The notes under the pieces are model-generated. The model did no database searches. It was not told where the DNA came from and saw nothing but the letters and a program-made list of their open reading frames with translations. This document shows, in pieces, positions 18,775 through 27,357 of a stretch of 32,000 nucleotides of DNA. Every line of letters begins with the position of its first letter. The stretch's first letter is position 1. The DNA is taken from NCBI GenBank assembly GCA_041395025.1, contig JAWLBH010000001.1, positions 450,001 through 482,000 of the forward strand, read 5' to 3'. A program made the translations under genes and the position numbers. This DNA comes from Chlamydiales bacterium (GTDB taxonomy: Bacteria > Chlamydiota > Chlamydiia > Chlamydiales > JAAKFR01).

Positions 18775-19893
18775 CTATAAAACAGGTGGAGGATTTAACC
18801 ATTTGGGATCGCGTTTTAGCATTTTAAAAATTTTTTTCACTTTTGGCATCTCCCGTTTTGTTACCAAAGTCACACATACTCCTGTACGACCCGATCGTCC
18901 TGTTCGACCTGCTCTATGAGTATATGTCTCTTTATCAAGAGGAAAATGCAAATTAAAAACATGAGTGACTTCACTAAAATCCAAGCCACGAGCAGCAATA
19001 TCGGTAGCAATTAAAAAACGGATTTTCCCTTTTTGAAACTTATTGACTAACATACAACGAAGTTTTTGTTCTAATCCTCCGTGTAGAAAATCCACTCCAG
19101 GAATTTTAGATTTTAGATAATGATAAAGCGCTTCGACTTCACGACGTGAATTGGCAAAAATCAGACATTGAGTGGGATTAAATTTTTTGAGTAGAAATAC
19201 CAATTCTTCTTGTTTCTTTCTAGGATCTGAGCAAAAGGTAAGTTGATGTCTTAGCTTAGCTGGAGTGGGTTTGTTATGAATTAAAATAATTTCTTCTGGA
19301 TGAATCATGTGGTTTTTTGCAATCATTTCAATCTGTTTAGGCATAGTAGCAGAAAAAAGAAGTGTTTGATGTTGATGAATTAAACAATTGATAATGAACT
19401 CTAAATCTTCATAAAATCCCATGCCAAGCATTTGATCAGCTTCATCTAAAACAAAAATGGTAACTTTTGACAGATCTATCAATCTGGAAAAGATAAGATC
19501 AATTAAACGACCAGGTGTTGCAATTAATACTTGGCAACCTCCTTTTAATTTAGCATGCTGCAGAGCTATATCTTCTCCCCCAAAAAGAGCAAAAACTTTG
19601 ACTTTTTTGAAAGCACCAATTTTTTGTGTTGCTGTTGCATATTGCAAAGCTATTTCTCTTGTTGGGACAATAATTAAAGCCTGGATATCAGGTTGATCAG
19701 GATTGACTTTATGGCATATAGGAATTGCACAAGCTGCTGTTTTGCCAGATCCTGTTTCTGCAAGAGCAATGAGATCTTTTCCTTTTAAGATAAGAGGAAT
19801 GGCGAGCTCTTGAATCGGTGTAGTATTTTGGTAAGTAAGTTTTTCAATTGCCTTAAGAATTAAAGGATCCAAATCAAATTGTCCAAACGCCAT
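18775..19893 (-). CDS. DEAD-box ATP-dependent RNA helicase (core only)
   Basis: 372 aa. Q-motif region, AETGSGKT, PTREIA, DEAD, SAT, ARGLD and HRAGRTGR are all present. There is no C-terminal extension. Confidence 0.92.
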   Translation of the reverse strand: MAFGQFDLDPLILKAIEKLTYQNTTPIQELAIPLILKGKDLIALAETGSGKTAACAIPICHKVNPDQPDIQALIIVPTREIALQYATATQKIGAFKKVKVFALFGGEDIALQHAKLKGGCQVLIATPGRLIDLIFSRLIDLSKVTIFVLDEADQMLGMGFYEDLEFIINCLIHQHQTLLFSATMPKQIEMIAKNHMIHPEEIILIHNKPTPAKLRHQLTFCSDPRKKQEELVFLLKKFNPTQCLIFANSRREVEALYHYLKSKIPGVDFLHGGLEQKLRCMLVNKFQKGKIRFLIATDIAARGLDFSEVTHVFNLHFPLDKETYTHRAGRTGRSGRTGVCVTLVTKREMPKVKKIFKMLKRDPKWLNPPPVL

Positions 19894-20302
19894 AGTATGC
19901 TTACCTATCTTTCCAAATCATTTTTTTTGCAAATGATAGAGAAATCAGTAAAGCAAAAATTGTCTTAAGCTCATCAATCATCTTTGTCTCTTTCTGTATT
20001 TTAATTTTCTTCAATATCTGATAGACAAAAAAATATGAAGTGATCACTATTTCTTACAATCGGCCTATTTTTCAGTAGTTTTTTTGATAGTTCGTTCACT
20101 TTATCTGAATAATTGACTATAAGATAACCTACATGATAAGGGTAGCTGAAAAATCAATCAAGTAAGCCGTAGAAGAGTCATAAAAAGCCAACAAAGTATA
20201 GCATTGACTGGTATTAAAGAAAACTAGGAATCCTATTTAAGAGAGTCTAGATTCCCAATAGAATATTCATCTCTTGTACTGCTACACCAGTTAAATCTAA
20301 TT

Positions 20303-22483
20303 TCACCCTTCTTCTCCCGGGTGATGAGTAGGATATTTTACCCTAGGATGATTCGCTGCCAATAGAGTTTTAATAAGAGTAGTTTTGACAATTCCAAGTT
20401 CTTCAAAAGTCAATAATGATTCGTTAAACTGGCCATCTTCCATTTTCTGCGCAATGAGCCTTTCAACAAGGTGGGTCACACTTTCTTCGTTAAATATATC
20501 TAGACAACGGGAGGCGGCTTCTAGCGTATCTGCAATCATAATAATTGTAGATTCTTTCGTCCGAGGAGTAGGCCCGCTATAACGAAAACTACTCTCTTCC
20601 ACTTGACTTTTATCTCTTTCGATTAAATCGATCTGCTTATGATAAAAATAATAGACGAGTGTCGTCCCATGATGTTCCTTAATAATATCAATAAACTGTT
20701 CAGGCAGACCTACTTTACGCGCAAGAGCAACGCCTTCCTTGACATGAGCAATAATGACTTGAGTCGATTCCAGAGGAGTCAACAACTGATGCATATCCAT
20801 TCCACCGAGTTGATTTTCAGTAAAATATTGTGGATTAGCTAACTTACCAATATCATGATATTGAGTAGAAACACGGCAGAACAATCCATTCGCTCCAATC
20901 GCTAAAGCAGCAGATTCAGCAAGATGTCCCACAAACATTGAATGTTGATAAGTTCCAGGTGCCTCAATAGTGAGACGACGCAACAGCTCATTGCTAGGAT
21001 CCATAAATTCCATGAGTGTGATATCAGTCATAATCTGAAATGTCGATTCAAGAACGGGTAAGAAGCCTACAACTAACACTGCTGTCATAGCCATAAAAAA
21101 GAAAGTACTTGAGAAATCTCCAATAAAATTCAGAGTAAGAAGTGTCCCATCATAGAGATTAAAAGCTAAAACAACGAGAAGACTAATAAACCAACCTTTA
21201 GCACAAACAATGAATACTTCCTTCCGGCGATGAATATGACGAGCCATCAAAATGATCACTATTGAGGTCAAAAGATTAATCACTAAAAAAGGGACCTCTT
21301 CTACTGCTAAGGCAATAGCATAAATCACTGAAAGAAAAACAATAGTAAATGCACTAATTCTCATATTCATCAAACTAGCTAGTAAGATCGCAGTAAATGG
21401 TACGAAAAGAGGAAAGCGCACTAAATCTATTATAATCACCTGAATAAGAAATAATTCTATGCCTTTTGCTAAGGAAAAAGAAAGAATGAGGATGGTCACA
21501 AATAGGGATAATTTACGATTTGATTTAAAAATATCTCGATGATTTTCACTTAAATAGATAGCAGCTACTCCAATCAAAAGAAGCGTCATCAGAAGTGTAC
21601 CAGCAATGGTTAACGGATCTATTGGATTGCGTTTTTGATCCAACTTTTCTTTCATTGCCTGAAGCATAGAAATGTGACGTGCTGAAACTTTTTCTCCTTG
21701 ATCAATCAGTCGATCACCTGAACGGACTTGCGTATACTTCTCTGGAATTCTATTTTGAACAAGCTTGCGTAATGTATATTCCATCCCCTGATCAATGATG
21801 AATTCCCATTCGATGGATTCAAAATAATGAAGAATAAATAGAGAGACTGCTGAAGGGATATCAACTTCCATAAAGATCTGTTTTTCAAAGCTAGACCAGA
21901 ATAAAGAGGGAAGAGAGCGGTTCAAATCTGTAGGGACATAGGGGTATAGATTAGTAATAAGAGTAGGACGTTCATCTGGAGGAAAACTTTCAATCTGTTG
22001 AATAGTTTTTAAATCAGTAAAACGTTTTTGTCTCAAACCATCCACAATCAAGCTAAGAGCTAATGCTACATCCTCAAACTGATTCTCTTGATTTAAAGCT
22101 TTCCATTGCCGAATCCCTAATTCATCACGGGTAATGTATTTCTGGAAATCTGCAACTCTTTCATGGATTTGATCTTCTTTAATCCTATAGATCATTCCAA
22201 TTTCATGAGCGACTTCTTGTTTAAGAATAATGGTCGCTTCTTCATCGGGGAAAGAAAAATCAATTTGTGCAACCACATAGCGATTTGCTTCAGTGCCAAG
22301 TTCAAGTTTTTCAATATATATTTCACGGAAATGGAGTAAAAAAAAGAGACAAAGGGCAAAAAATACTCCGATTAACAATCGAATCACTAAACTTTTATCA
22401 AAAAAACTCTGTGCTCTTGAAAATCGAAGCTCTCTTAAATCTTCTTCTTTTCTACTCTCTTGACTATCAGAATTGTCATCCAT
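20303..22483 (-). CDS. 7TM-receptor HD-domain phosphohydrolase (PgpH/YqfF family; candidate c-di-AMP phosphodiesterase)
   Basis: 726 aa. N-terminal TM, a large extracytoplasmic domain, about 7 TM helices (residues about 290-480), then a C-terminal HD domain with YQHSMFVGHL, QYHDIGK, IIAHVKEG, KEHHGT and MIADTLEA. Confidence 0.8.
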   Translation of the reverse strand: MDDNSDSQESRKEEDLRELRFSRAQSFFDKSLVIRLLIGVFFALCLFFLLHFREIYIEKLELGTEANRYVVAQIDFSFPDEEATIILKQEVAHEIGMIYRIKEDQIHERVADFQKYITRDELGIRQWKALNQENQFEDVALALSLIVDGLRQKRFTDLKTIQQIESFPPDERPTLITNLYPYVPTDLNRSLPSLFWSSFEKQIFMEVDIPSAVSLFILHYFESIEWEFIIDQGMEYTLRKLVQNRIPEKYTQVRSGDRLIDQGEKVSARHISMLQAMKEKLDQKRNPIDPLTIAGTLLMTLLLIGVAAIYLSENHRDIFKSNRKLSLFVTILILSFSLAKGIELFLIQVIIIDLVRFPLFVPFTAILLASLMNMRISAFTIVFLSVIYAIALAVEEVPFLVINLLTSIVIILMARHIHRRKEVFIVCAKGWFISLLVVLAFNLYDGTLLTLNFIGDFSSTFFFMAMTAVLVVGFLPVLESTFQIMTDITLMEFMDPSNELLRRLTIEAPGTYQHSMFVGHLAESAALAIGANGLFCRVSTQYHDIGKLANPQYFTENQLGGMDMHQLLTPLESTQVIIAHVKEGVALARKVGLPEQFIDIIKEHHGTTLVYYFYHKQIDLIERDKSQVEESSFRYSGPTPRTKESTIIMIADTLEAASRCLDIFNEESVTHLVERLIAQKMEDGQFNESLLTFEELGIVKTTLIKTLLAANHPRVKYPTHHPGEEG

Positions 22484-22724
22484 TCATTAAAATTAATTTT
22501 CCCTTTTTTCTTTTTAGGATAGAAAAATCAATCTATTTAGTCGACTCAGAAAGAAGAAGGTGTCAACTATTTCACAATCTAACGACTCCTTCTTTAATCT
22601 AATTGAACCTTAAAAAAATATTTAGTCTCTGTATTAACCATTATATCTCTCTAAAGACAAGTAGCTAGAAAATGACTAGTCATATTTTTACACATTTTAA
22701 AAAAAGTTATTTTTCTTCTGTGTA

Positions 22725-22754
22725 TTGCAAATTGTATTTGTTTTGATCTATAAT
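22725..22754 (+). promoter_or_regulatory. Candidate sigma-70/66-type promoter for dnaX (TTGCAA-N18-TATAAT)
   Basis: A perfect TATAAT at 22749-22754 lies 10 nt upstream of the dnaX ATG (22765). TTGCAA is at 22725-22730. Pattern match only. It would imply a leader of only a few nt. Confidence 0.25.
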
Positions 22755-22764
22755 TTTTCACGAA

Positions 22765-24099
22765 ATGTCTAAATTAGAATACCAGGTTCTGGCACGGAAA
22801 TACCGACCCCAATCTTTTTCTCAAGTCGTTGGTCAAGAAGCTATTGTTATCACTTTAATTAATGCAATTCGAATGCAACGTATTGCTCATGCCTATCTTT
22901 TTTCTGGCTCTCGAGGAACAGGAAAAACCACTTTAGCACGTCTATTTGCTAAGGCTCTAAACTGCTCTAAACTATCTACAGATGGTGAGCCATGCAATAC
23001 CTGTTTTTCTTGCAAAGAGATTGCTAAAGGGCAAGCAATAGATGTTTTAGAGATTGATGGAGCCTCTCATCGAGGAATTGAAGATATCCGACAAATCAAT
23101 GAAACGATTGGATTCGTACCAATAAACTTAAAATATAAGATTTATTTAGTTGATGAAGTCCATATGCTAACAAAAGAGGCATTTAATGCTCTGCTAAAAA
23201 CATTGGAAGAGCCCCCTGCTCATGTTAAATTTTTCTTTGCTACAACTGAACCACATAAAATTCCCATGACTGTCCTCAGTCGTTGTCAACGCTTTAACCT
23301 TAGACGTATTCCAATTAGAAAGATTCAGCAAAAACTTGAAGAAATTGCAAGAGACTTAATCCTCACTGTTGAAGAAGAAGCTTTAGCAATCATTGCAGAG
23401 CTCAGTGAAGGTAGCATGCGAGATGCTGAGTCTCTTTTTGACCAAGTCATTGCCTATCAGAATAGTTCTATTACAGAAAGTATTGTGATGAACATTCTCG
23501 GGATTCCTTCTCGTCAGACATTTTTTTCTCTTGATGAAGCAGGCTATTCAGGAGATCTAACAGCAGCATTCCGCATTACGGAAGCCATCTTTGATTCGGG
23601 CAAAAATGTGAATTTTTTCTTAGAAGAATTGATTGGTCATTTTCGCACCCTCTTTTTGTTAAAAAATAAAGTTCCATTTCAAGGGAACAATCAAAAAAAA
23701 TATCAAATATCTGTCAAATTCTATCGAAATGATCAACTGCTAGAAATTCTAGAATTACTAACTGATGCAATGCAAACATTAAAATTTTCTATTTGTGAAA
23801 AAACAACAATTGAAATGCTATTACTTCGTATTTTGCGTACTCACAAAAAAATTTCAATTGATCAACTCATTGAACGCTTAATTACTCTAGAATCAAAAAT
23901 AACTGATCATCAAAAAAATACAGATACTCTTCCTAAACCTTTGCAATCAACAAATCAGAACACACCATCTATTCAACAGAGTTCTATAAAAACCCAACAA
24001 GCCTCCTCTGAGCTAGAGTCTGTTAAGAAGCAGAGCCGTTACGATACATTAATGCGATTTGCAGCTAAGGAATTAAATGGAGCTTTTAAAAAGGAGTAA
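22765..24099 (+). CDS. dnaX: DNA polymerase III subunit gamma/tau (short form)
   Basis: 444 aa. N-terminus YQVLARKYRPQSFSQVVGQ, Walker A GSRGTGKTT, zinc module CNTCFSCKEI, DEVHML, SRCQRF. Domains I-III are followed by a Q/S/T-rich tail. The long tau C-terminal domains are absent. Confidence 0.93.
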   Translation: MSKLEYQVLARKYRPQSFSQVVGQEAIVITLINAIRMQRIAHAYLFSGSRGTGKTTLARLFAKALNCSKLSTDGEPCNTCFSCKEIAKGQAIDVLEIDGASHRGIEDIRQINETIGFVPINLKYKIYLVDEVHMLTKEAFNALLKTLEEPPAHVKFFFATTEPHKIPMTVLSRCQRFNLRRIPIRKIQQKLEEIARDLILTVEEEALAIIAELSEGSMRDAESLFDQVIAYQNSSITESIVMNILGIPSRQTFFSLDEAGYSGDLTAAFRITEAIFDSGKNVNFFLEELIGHFRTLFLLKNKVPFQGNNQKKYQISVKFYRNDQLLEILELLTDAMQTLKFSICEKTTIEMLLLRILRTHKKISIDQLIERLITLESKITDHQKNTDTLPKPLQSTNQNTPSIQQSSIKTQQASSELESVKKQSRYDTLMRFAAKELNGAFKKE

Positions 24100-24102
24100 A
24101 AA

Positions 24103-24399
24103 ATGGGTAGTGGATATGCCAAAAAAAAGAAAGAAGCTAAAATATTGCATAAAAAATTTGAGGAAATGCAAGAAAAACTCAAAGATGAGAAAGTTGAAGG
24201 TAGTGCTGGAAATGGCCTTGTCTCTATCACATTGAATGGTGAACACGAAATGATAAATATCAAGATTAAACCAAAATGCGTTGATCCTGAAGATACTGAA
24301 GGTTTAGAAGATTTGATTCGTTCTGCCTATAACGAAGCGAATATGAAATTAAAAAAGAGTTCTGCGGCAGAGGTTGGATTACACGGGTTTAATTTTTGA
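24103..24399 (+). CDS. ybaB: YbaB/EbfC family nucleoid-associated protein
   Basis: 98 aa. GSAGNGLVSITLNGEHEMINIKIKPKCVDPEDTEGLEDLIRSAYNEA is the typical YbaB core. AAGGAG lies 8 nt upstream of the ATG, and the gene starts 3 nt after the dnaX stop. Confidence 0.88.
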   Translation: MGSGYAKKKKEAKILHKKFEEMQEKLKDEKVEGSAGNGLVSITLNGEHEMINIKIKPKCVDPEDTEGLEDLIRSAYNEANMKLKKSSAAEVGLHGFNF

Positions 24400-26139
24400 T
24401 TGGAATTTGGTATAAGCCTCTTCTAAAAACTCTTCTACCTCCATCGATGTAGAGAGTAAAAGTGCTTTTTCAGTAATTGCGCGTGCATCAATTATTGAGA
24501 GATGACGAATAATATTTTTGATCATAGGAATTGAACGAGAAGAGACTGAAAAATCGTGCACACCAAGGCCGAGTAACAAAGGGATATAACGTGGATCAGC
24601 TGCCATTTCACCACAGATAGAAATAGGTTTTTTCTCGCGATTCCCTTCTTCAACGACAAGTTTAATCAAACGCAAAATACTAGGATGTGTTGGAGTATAA
24701 AGGTAGCTCATCATAGGATTATCACGATCAACAGCCAAAGAATACTGAATAAGATCATTTGTCCCAATCGATAGGAAATCGCATTCTTTAGCTAAAAGAT
24801 CACAGGTAATTGCTGCAGAAGGGACTTCTATCATGCATCCAATCGGAATATTATGTGCAAATGGGATTTTCTCCCTGAGCAATTCTTCTTGTGCTTCTCT
24901 AACAATTTCTTTTGCTTCACGTAACTCCACCACACCTGAAATCATAGGAAATAAAATACTCACCTCACCAAAAGCACTTGCTCTTAAGATTGCTCTAATT
25001 TGAGTTTTAAAGACATTCCGTTCCTTTAACATCAATCGAATTGCACGACAGCCTAAATAAGGATTGTTCTCATAACGACTCATATGAAAGTTTCCCAATT
25101 TATCCCCACCAATATCAAATGTACGAATGACTGAACGATACCCCCCTACTTTTTCAACAATTCTTCGATAAATTAGAAATTGTTCTTCTTCAGAAGGAAA
25201 GACTTCACCAGCCAAAAAGAGATACTCCGAACGAAATAGTCCCACTCCCTCTCCCCCATACTCATCAAGGCGATCTACTTCATTAAACATTTCAATATTC
25301 GCTGACAAATATATCTTGTATCCATCTGTAGTCTGAGCTTGAAGTTGAATAGAGTCTTTAAGATCATTAATATGAATTTTTAACTTCTTTTTCTCTTGTT
25401 GATAGAAAGCCACTGTCTCTTTCTTGGGATTAATTACGACTTCTCCTGAGCCTCCATTCACAATGACTTGAGGAGGAACTGAAATAGAAAAATCAGGGAA
25501 ATCCACATTAGAAACAAAAGGAATCCCTCTTGCACGCGCCATAATCGCAACATGCGCAGTTTCTGCTCCACTTCGAGTGACAAAGGCTTCTATTACTTCT
25601 GTATTTGCTTCAGCTGTATTTGAAGGAGAGAGCTCATGGGCAAATACAATCGATTTGTAATTTAATCTAGAAAGTTTATAACGTTCATGATTCCGTAAAT
25701 GACCAATAATTCGACGAGAAATATCTTGAAAATCTTTTAGTCGTTCACGAAAAACGACATTGGAAATTTTGCGAAATTGCTCTTCATATTCACCAATTGC
25801 TGTTTTAAATATATATTCAATATTCTTTCCTTTTTGACGAATTGCCTCTTCAATGCCAACTGTCATAAAAGGATCTCTTGTAATTTCAAGGTGAGAACCT
25901 AAAATTGCAGCGGCTTCACTACCTCCTTCCTTAAGTAAACGTTTTTGGAGAAAAATGAGATCATTACGAGAACTTTTTAATGCACTGTAATAACGATCCA
26001 CTTCATTATCAATTTGGTCATCTGGAATAGAAAACTCAGGAATATTTTCTTCAACAGTCGCAAAGTAGAAGGGCCTTCCGATGGCAATCCCAGCACAGAT
26101 TGGATAACCTCGAAGGTATATCTCTTTTTTATTATCCAT
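24379..26139 (-). CDS. ptsI: Phosphoenolpyruvate-protein phosphotransferase (PTS Enzyme I)
   Basis: 586 aa. Active-site His region SGAETAHVAIMARARGIP, PEP-utilising C-terminal domain (GLFRSEYLF, SIGTNDLIQY, ICGEMAADP). Confidence 0.95.
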   Translation of the reverse strand: MDNKKEIYLRGYPICAGIAIGRPFYFATVEENIPEFSIPDDQIDNEVDRYYSALKSSRNDLIFLQKRLLKEGGSEAAAILGSHLEITRDPFMTVGIEEAIRQKGKNIEYIFKTAIGEYEEQFRKISNVVFRERLKDFQDISRRIIGHLRNHERYKLSRLNYKSIVFAHELSPSNTAEANTEVIEAFVTRSGAETAHVAIMARARGIPFVSNVDFPDFSISVPPQVIVNGGSGEVVINPKKETVAFYQQEKKKLKIHINDLKDSIQLQAQTTDGYKIYLSANIEMFNEVDRLDEYGGEGVGLFRSEYLFLAGEVFPSEEEQFLIYRRIVEKVGGYRSVIRTFDIGGDKLGNFHMSRYENNPYLGCRAIRLMLKERNVFKTQIRAILRASAFGEVSILFPMISGVVELREAKEIVREAQEELLREKIPFAHNIPIGCMIEVPSAAITCDLLAKECDFLSIGTNDLIQYSLAVDRDNPMMSYLYTPTHPSILRLIKLVVEEGNREKKPISICGEMAADPRYIPLLLGLGVHDFSVSSRSIPMIKNIIRHLSIIDARAITEKALLLSTSMEVEEFLEEAYTKFQSKIKPV

Positions 26140-26422
26140 TAATTACCCTCTCTCCAAACTGATTTTCAAAACTCTCGATCAGACGATCCATTGTTTTCTG
26201 AGCATCAATCCCTTTGACAGTAATTGTAATCATGGAGTTTTTTTGTGCTGCAAGCATTAAAACATTTAAAATACTTCGTGCATCAATCGTTCTTTTTTTA
26301 TGAGTAAACGTCACTTCGCTTTTAGAATCTTGTAACAACTTTACAATCAGTGCGGCTGGACGAGTATGTAATCCAAGTTGATTAGTAATACGTATCTTTT
26401 TTTTTACTGTTTCTTCACTCAT
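26132..26422 (-). CDS. ptsH: Phosphocarrier protein HPr
   Basis: 96 aa. NQLGLHTRPAA (His19, the His15 equivalent) and ARSILNVLML (Ser50, the Ser46 equivalent). Confidence 0.92.
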   Translation of the reverse strand: MSEETVKKKIRITNQLGLHTRPAALIVKLLQDSKSEVTFTHKKRTIDARSILNVLMLAAQKNSMITITVKGIDAQKTMDRLIESFENQFGERVING

Positions 26423-27357
26423 ACGCTGACTTTCTCTTTCTGAAATATCATTGAAATTAATTTTGCATTGTATTCCTTTCCAGAATGATATCCCATCTTT
26501 TTTAAGCGGTGATTTAGAATAATTGCTTCAATCAGAAGGGGAATATTACGTCTAGGAGTCACAGGAAGAAGGTGATAAACAACTTTCATACCTAAAATAG
26601 TCACAGTGTTTTCTTCAATTCCAACACGATCATACATATGCTCCTGATTCCATATTTCTAGTTTTATGATTAGATCAAGTTCTTTTTTTTCTTTTATACT
26701 TATAGCACCGTAAAGTTGAGCAATATTAATAATCCCAATCCCTCTAATCTCCATATGATGACGAGAAGGCTCTAATCCATAACCTTCTAGTTTTTCCTCA
26801 CGCAACCGAATTTTAACTAGATCATCTGCAATAAGACAATGTCCTCTTTCAATCAAATCAAGAGCAGCATCACTCTTGCCTATAGAAGGATCTCCTTGAA
26901 TAAGTACTCCAAATCCAAAAATCTCCATAAAAGAGCCATGACAAGAAATCGAAGGCATGAATCGGTCTGTCAAAAGAAAGGTCAGCTTAGTTATGAGCTC
27001 TACTGTTGACAGGGGGGTTTGAAAAAGAGGAATCTGCTGTGCATCGCACAGTCTATACAAGTCTTTCATTGGAGGATAATCGGAAGAAATAATAAGAGCA
27101 GGTGTTTTATCTATTAGAAGATTCTTTAATCGAGATATCCGAACAAAACTCCCTAAATGATTTAGATAATCAAACTCTACTTTTCCAAAAACAAGGATTC
27201 TTTTTTTTATATCTTCTTCTAAATATCCAACTAAACTTAATCCTGGATTTTGAACTTCAGGCAAATAGATCTTTCTATTCAATCCCTTCCGTCCATGAAT
27301 GAGTTTGAGTTTCAAAGTCTCACCACATTCCTGATATAAATCTTTGACTAAATACAT
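26419..27357 (-). CDS. hprK: HPr kinase/phosphorylase
   Basis: P-loop GDPSIGKSDAALDLIERGHCLIADD and signature MEIRGIGIINI. The ATG at 27357 overlaps the upstream ORF's TGA by 1 nt (TGATG). The track's longer start at 27396 is a TTG. Confidence 0.88.
   Translation of the reverse strand: MYLVKDLYQECGETLKLKLIHGRKGLNRKIYLPEVQNPGLSLVGYLEEDIKKRILVFGKVEFDYLNHLGSFVRISRLKNLLIDKTPALIISSDYPPMKDLYRLCDAQQIPLFQTPLSTVELITKLTFLLTDRFMPSISCHGSFMEIFGFGVLIQGDPSIGKSDAALDLIERGHCLIADDLVKIRLREEKLEGYGLEPSRHHMEIRGIGIINIAQLYGAISIKEKKELDLIIKLEIWNQEHMYDRVGIEENTVTILGMKVVYHLLPVTPRRNIPLLIEAIILNHRLKKMGYHSGKEYNAKLISMIFQKEKVSV

Noticed and set aside
20148-22533. Shared 12-mer gaaaaatcaatc in two intergenic regions (20148-20159 and 22522-22533), with a related aaatcaatc in the lplA/clpC region, as a possible dispersed regulatory motif.
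   Set aside because: By a rough estimate, one or two shared 12-mers among eight AT-rich intergenic regions are expected by chance. Position and orientation relative to the flanking genes are not consistent.
22539-22594. Interleaved complementary segments upstream of dnaX: agtcg 22539-22543 pairs with cgact 22583-22587, and aagaagg 22554-22560 pairs with ccttctt 22588-22594. Together they give a pseudoknot-like topology.
   Set aside because: The stems are only 5 and 7 bp and partly A/T. No supporting covariation is available, and such matches are expected by chance at this composition.
23693-23700. An A8 run forming a perfect A_AAA_AAA slippery heptamer, in the correct frame, inside dnaX. A -1 shift would terminate 11 codons later at TGA 23730-23732, reminiscent of the E. 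coli tau/gamma frameshift.
   Set aside because: The shift would truncate the protein at about aa 312, inside clamp-loader domain III, giving a product unlikely to assemble. The gene is already gamma-sized. A7-A9 runs are common throughout this AT-rich window, and no downstream stimulatory hairpin was seen.
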